From assembly GCA_040753215.1 (NCBI GenBank), contig JBFMEZ010000005.1, positions 1-61,835 of the forward strand: 61,835 nucleotides of DNA. The letters are read 5' to 3'. Below, piece by piece: positions 57,512-61,835 of this stretch; position 1 is the stretch's first letter, and every line of letters starts with the position of its first letter. The notes beneath the pieces are model-generated. The model worked only from the letters and a program-made list of their open reading frames with translations, did not search any database and was not told where the DNA came from. The translations under genes and the position numbers were made by a program. This DNA comes from Candidatus Micrarchaeota archaeon (lineage in GTDB: Archaea > Micrarchaeota > Micrarchaeia > Anstonellales > Bilamarchaeaceae).

Positions 57512-58890
57512 TTGCTCCTTGTAATCAGCTCTATCTTTTCGGGCTTCTTGTTCACGTTCCCGAGCCTCTCGCCCACCAGGATTTTCGCGCCCTTATTTTC
57601 CGCGAGGTCAACAAGCCTCTGCGTAATAATCCCGTCAAACACTATCGCGTGTATCCCCTGCGTTTCCTCAAGGCTCCTTATCACATCCCGCACCGGCAAC
57701 TCCTTTATGAGGGCATAATCTTCGGTGTAGAACCTCGCCTTCATCGTCCCCTTGAGCCCTTTCAGCTCCTCCACAAGGTCCTCCTTTGTCACCCTCTTCC
57801 CCGGAGGGGCTTCCGCGGCTTCCGGAAGGGTTTTCTGCGGCTCGGCCGCAATCTCCCTTATCTCCCCGATTTCGGGGGCAGCGGCCGCAGGCGCAGCAGG
57901 GGGCCTCGCTTCGGCTTCCACCCCCTTCGCTATCTCCTTTATGGAAGGGGATTCCCTCTCCCTCGCATATTGCGCTTCCAGCTCTGCCCTCCTTATCGCA
58001 ATCTTCCTCCGGTCCTCCACGGACTGGTAGGGCGTAATCCTCTCCCTCACCACCGCCCTCGTCGCCTCCTTTTCCTGCTCGAACGGGACCTTGTTCTTGA
58101 GGCACTTCATGACCTCCTTGCGCGTGAGCTCCTCCACCTCCTTCCCGGTGGGTGCGCGTGCAACGAAGTCTATGTCTACGCCCCCGTTCACGAGTTCCCT
58201 GAGAATTATGTCCCCTCCGCGGTCCCCGTCCAGGAATGCGGTAACCTCCCTCTCCCTGGAAAGGCGCAGGAGGCCCTGGGGCACCTTCGCCCCGCCCACC
58301 GCAATCACGTTCGGAAGGTCCTTCTTGAGCAGGTTGACCACGTCCGCCCTCCCCTCCACTATGATTATCGCCTCGTTCCTCTCAATCTTAGGCCCGGAAG
58401 CCAGCCTGTCCGGCCCCCACTCGGTGATCTCCGCACCCTTCACCTCCTCCCTCACCATTTCGGAAATCTCCTGGCTCTCCGGCAATTCCGTGTGGATAAG
58501 GTTGCGGAGGATCGCCTTGGACCTCTCCACCAGCTTTTCACGTTTGATGCTCCTGGTGTCCTCCACCTTGCTCACCTTTATACGGGCTTCGCACGGGCCG
58601 ACGCGCTCCACAGTCTCCACCGCGGCCGCTATTATGCATGTCTCGACCATGTCCAGCGAGCTGGGGATTTTGATCTGCCCCATGGTCCTGCCGCCCCTCG
58701 GGTTCATATCCACATCTATTCTCCCTATGCGGCCGTTCTTCTGCAAATCCCTCAGGTCCAGCTCTTCCCCGAGCAGGCCTTCGGTCTGCCCGAAGATTGC
58801 ACCGACCACATCAGGCTTGTCCACCATCCCATCCACTTCGGTATCCGCGTAAATTATGTATTTTACGGTATCAATGTACGTCTTTGCCAT
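57508..58890 (-). CDS. dnaG: archaeal DnaG-like primase / exosome-associated protein
   Basis: DVVGAIFGQTEGLLG, IIVEGRADV, FLDGDRGG, FDGIITQRLVD. Confidence 0.96.
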   Translation of the reverse strand: MAKTYIDTVKYIIYADTEVDGMVDKPDVVGAIFGQTEGLLGEELDLRDLQKNGRIGRIDVDMNPRGGRTMGQIKIPSSLDMVETCIIAAAVETVERVGPCEARIKVSKVEDTRSIKREKLVERSKAILRNLIHTELPESQEISEMVREEVKGAEITEWGPDRLASGPKIERNEAIIIVEGRADVVNLLKKDLPNVIAVGGAKVPQGLLRLSREREVTAFLDGDRGGDIILRELVNGGVDIDFVARAPTGKEVEELTRKEVMKCLKNKVPFEQEKEATRAVVRERITPYQSVEDRRKIAIRRAELEAQYARERESPSIKEIAKGVEAEARPPAAPAAAAPEIGEIREIAAEPQKTLPEAAEAPPGKRVTKEDLVEELKGLKGTMKARFYTEDYALIKELPVRDVIRSLEETQGIHAIVFDGIITQRLVDLAENKGAKILVGERLGNVNKKPEKIELITRSK

Positions 58891-58895
58891 ATCCA

Positions 58896-59137
58896 TCACC
58901 TACAGTTTTGTCTCCTCAAACTTCTCCCTGTATTTCTGCCCGAAATTCTCCACCCTCCTTTTTTCACCACAATCCTCGCCATAAGCTCGGATTGTTCTGC
59001 CTTTGGGTTGCCCTCGCTCATGCCGCAGCATTCGCTCGGGCGCAAAAAGGAGCCCAAAAACCTCCGGTCTTCCATATTTCTCACCTACAATCTTGTCTCC
59101 TCAAGCTTCTCCCTGTATTTCTGCCCGAAATTCTCCA
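58896..59137. repeat. CTCCTTTTT...AAAAAGGAGCCCAAAAAC element flanked by a 57-bp direct duplication
   Basis: 58896-58952 versus 59081-59137, three mismatches. Confidence 0.85.
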
Positions 59138-59450
59138 TCCGGGAAATCCCAAGCACCCTCGCGATCCTCTTCCTGAGAAACGTGTTCGGCTTCACCCCGC
59201 AGGAGCGCAGCTCCGAGCTTATTTCGTGCGCAAGCTCGTCGCCCCTCTCATCTAAATCCGTGAGCACAGCCACCTCGCGCAGCCCGTTCCTCGCAGCCTT
59301 CTCGCACGCGAATCTCGTCCTGCCGGAAACCTCAATCACCCCTTCCACGTATTGCTGGAGGGCTTCCGCGTCCTTCTTCCCCTCGACCATGGCCGTGCAG
59401 CCGCCCATCTCTTCCATCAGGCGCTGCAGCTCCTTACGGTCGCGCTGCAT
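59085..59450 (-). CDS. small TOPRIM-domain protein
   Basis: MVEGKKD, VLTDLDERG. Confidence 0.85.
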   Translation of the reverse strand: MQRDRKELQRLMEEMGGCTAMVEGKKDAEALQQYVEGVIEVSGRTRFACEKAARNGLREVAVLTDLDERGDELAHEISSELRSCGVKPNTFLRKRIARVLGISRMENFGQKYREKLEETRL

Positions 59451-59597
59451 CTGCGGGTAATCCAGGGATTTCCTTTTCTTCGCCTTCAATTTCGAGCACC
59501 TCCCAAAAACGCGGAGGGGGCAACAACCCCCTCCCCATTTTTAGGGTTCATTCTGACCCTCCCCCCACTTCCCTTTGCAGCTCTTCGCACGCACTCC

Positions 59598-59852
59598 TTA
59601 CGTCCGTGCCGCGTCTGCAAGCAGTTTGTGGATTTCCTTTTCTTCGCCTTCAATTTCGAGCACCTTTTTCCTTCCTTTCCCTCCGCGCAGGATTCTCACC
59701 CTCCTGTGCGTGATTTTTTCCATCTCTTTCACGAGCTCGGTGTTCGCCCTGTTCCTCTCCGCGGGCTCGGTAAGGAATACCTTCCATTCCCCGCCCCTCT
59801 TCTCGATTCTGAATTCCAGCGAGTCCGGAACCACTTTCACTTCGAGCAACAT
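59598..59852 (-). CDS. DUF167 (YggU/UPF0235) protein
   Basis: VKVVP, PAERNRANTEL, GGKGRKKVLEI. Confidence 0.85.
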   Translation of the reverse strand: MLLEVKVVPDSLEFRIEKRGGEWKVFLTEPAERNRANTELVKEMEKITHRRVRILRGGKGRKKVLEIEGEEKEIHKLLADAART

Positions 59853-59996
59853 GCCTTACGCTCCACAGGCTCGAAAATCAGCAGGAGAATAATGTGCTGC
59901 GCATTGTTGACAGGCAGGTCATCGCTCTGCTCCCGCCGCCATCCTATGCGCAGCCCATTAGCGTTGCCGGTTTCCCGTTCCCGGTTCCCCGTTACG

Positions 59997-60422
59997 TTAT
60001 GCCCCGACTTCGGCCCGCTCCTCGAGCAGGTCCACGACAGAGGGGAATATCCTCATGATGTCCCCCTCGCTCACGAGCCCTATGAGCTCGTTCTTCTCGT
60101 TTATCACCGGAAGCCTCTTTATCCTGTATTCCCGCATCGCCTTCGCGGCGGTCTCGAGGCTTGCCTCGGCGGTTATCACTTTCAGGGGGGAGCTCATCGC
60201 GTCCGAGGCTTTCGCCCTGGCCGCATCCTTTCCCTTTCCTACGAGTTTCCTCACGATGTCCCGTTCGGTGATAATCCCCTCAGCCTTCTTCTTGTCCGCA
60301 ACCACTATGGAGCCGACATTGTACTTTTCCATCAGCTTTGCTACTTCCACAATGCCGGCCTCACGGGTGACGGAGATAACATTCTTGGACATTACGTCTC
60401 CTACTTTGATTTCCGAACCCAT
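59997..60422 (-). CDS. CBS-domain protein
   Basis: VGDVMS, GIITERDI, IKRLPV, GLVSEGDI. Confidence 0.93.
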   Translation of the reverse strand: MGSEIKVGDVMSKNVISVTREAGIVEVAKLMEKYNVGSIVVADKKKAEGIITERDIVRKLVGKGKDAARAKASDAMSSPLKVITAEASLETAAKAMREYRIKRLPVINEKNELIGLVSEGDIMRIFPSVVDLLEERAEVGA

Positions 60423-60535
60423 GTGGATGTTTTCTTCCGGAAAGGTTTAAATTGCTGCCTTCCCGTGAGATTTCTCTCTATTGGAAATATATGTGCGGAA
60501 CTATTTATAAATACGCAGGTTGACGCGAAAGACCA

Positions 60536-61045
60536 CTAATAACCGGCAATTTCCAGCCGAACCCCGATGAATTCCGCTATCTTCTCCGCCCGCACCTTAA
60601 TTTGTTCATCCATTACTTTGCTATGTCTTACTAAAGCCAATGTAACGGGCAATGCCGCCCCCTTTTTGAATAAGAAAGTGAGTGTGTGCACCCTCCAGAT
60701 TGTAGCGCCGGATCGGGTTTTCTCCAGCCTCAGCCCCATTATCTCATCCAGCCTGTGCTTCGCAACCCATGAGTGAAGCAGCTTCTTTTGCGAAAAGGAG
60801 AACTCATTCGTTTTCTTGTCCAAGTCCACCTTCACCACGCTTGCCACTGCCAATAAGAAAAGGCCAACCAACCCGATTATCCCGGATATTCCTACGTAAA
60901 TCAGGGATGACGCATCCCCTCGCCCCGAAATATGAAGAAAAACATTCACAAGAAATATGAGCAGGAGGAAAGCCCCTCCAAGCAGAAAAGTCCAGTTGTA
61001 ATCCCTGAGTTCCATTCTGGTTGCATTCTTCTGGTCAATTTTCAT
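60536..61045 (-). CDS. hypothetical two-TM protein with soluble beta-rich C-terminus
   Basis: two hydrophobic helices; AT-richer codons. Confidence 0.65.
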   Translation of the reverse strand: MKIDQKNATRMELRDYNWTFLLGGAFLLLIFLVNVFLHISGRGDASSLIYVGISGIIGLVGLFLLAVASVVKVDLDKKTNEFSFSQKKLLHSWVAKHRLDEIMGLRLEKTRSGATIWRVHTLTFLFKKGAALPVTLALVRHSKVMDEQIKVRAEKIAEFIGVRLEIAGY

Positions 61046-61058
61046 ATAATCATCTTTT

Positions 61059-61340
61059 CTATCCCATAATGCCTGCCCGCCCTATTTTTCTTATCCATTT
61101 CTCATAATCCTTATGGTCGCCTGCAAAGTATATTTTCCTGGTCTTTCGCTTCTCATCCTGGGAGTAGCATATTCTGTATTGCCCGACCTCCTCCACAAAA
61201 ATGGGAACTCCATGATGGAGGTGTCTTCCGGGCAGCCCCTGTTTTATCTGCTCGATCTTCTTCAGGATGCGCACCTTAATCTCCGATGGCAGCTTTCCGA
61301 AATACTCCTCCCATCCCTCATCGAATTCAAGAGCGTACAT
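61059..61340 (-). CDS. RelE/ParE-family toxin
   Basis: YALEF..KLP..RILKKI..VGQYRICY..GDHKDY. Confidence 0.8.
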   Translation of the reverse strand: MYALEFDEGWEEYFGKLPSEIKVRILKKIEQIKQGLPGRHLHHGVPIFVEEVGQYRICYSQDEKRKTRKIYFAGDHKDYEKWIRKIGRAGIMG

Positions 61341-61345
61341 TCTAT

Positions 61346-61624
61346 CTACTTCATCAGGTGCCTATACTTCCGGAGCGCCTCTTCTTCACTCAGAGTCTTT
61401 CTTTTCCCTTCCTTCGCCCCCTTCTCCAGCGCCTGCACCTTCTTTACCGCAAGCTCATCCTCTATGAACTGCTCAATCGGCTTTATCCCGAAATGCTCAT
61501 TGTAATGCAAAATCATCAGCCGTATCGCCTCGCTCTTATTGCTCGCAATGCCTTGCTCCACCAGCGCATTCACTATCTCTTCGGGCAGGCCCTCTATCCT
61601 CAAATTCAATAACATACATTTCAC
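61346..61624 (-). CDS. ribbon-helix-helix antitoxin
   Basis: LVEQGIASNKSEAIR; directly upstream of the RelE-like gene. Confidence 0.75.
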   Translation of the reverse strand: MKCMLLNLRIEGLPEEIVNALVEQGIASNKSEAIRLMILHYNEHFGIKPIEQFIEDELAVKKVQALEKGAKEGKRKTLSEEEALRKYRHLMK

Positions 61625-61835
61625 CTATATTTTGTATACCTAATATGTATATTAAAGGTTTTTGCCCCCGGCACATATCGACTAAAAAGACCACTCTAAA
61701 TCCTTTTCCTTGAGTTTTGCGTTTCCTGAAAAGTAGATAAATTAACGACGTGCATATGGATTTTGAAGTTGATCCCCATGCACGCCGCTAACGTCGAAGT
61801 TATCGACAACATTTTGAAGGAGTTTGGATTTTTAT

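Noticed and set aside
61756..61835. Gene start at the window end
   Set aside because: The ATG frame stops after 11 codons and too little sequence remains to call anything.

Overview
Chromosomal window from a GC-rich archaeon. The gene set (form III RuBisCO, intein-containing MCM, TFB, DnaG, HARP, Rnl3-type RNA ligase, CarS, L40e, class III signal-peptide cluster) fits a DPANN lineage, probably Micrarchaeota (inference). Most of the window is housekeeping genes plus three tRNAs (Pro-CGG, intron-containing Thr-UGU, Glu-CUC). Four things stand out. (1) An AT-richer islet at about 40.0-42.5 kb carries a clear diversity-generating retroelement template/variable repeat pair. The variable repeat is internal to its target gene, and no RT or avd is present; an IS481-like element sits where the RT would be expected. 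(2) An operon of six divergent paralogous multi-pass membrane proteins (14.2-20.7 kb) resembles CedA/VirB6-type channel proteins by recalled motifs. (3) A class III nucleotide cyclase-like domain is fused to a degenerate HD-GYP-like domain. (4) Several families of small palindromic or heptamer repeats insert in-frame into proteins, make up most of a tRNA intron, nest in each other, or duplicate gene junctions. All calls come from reading motifs by eye; no searches were run.
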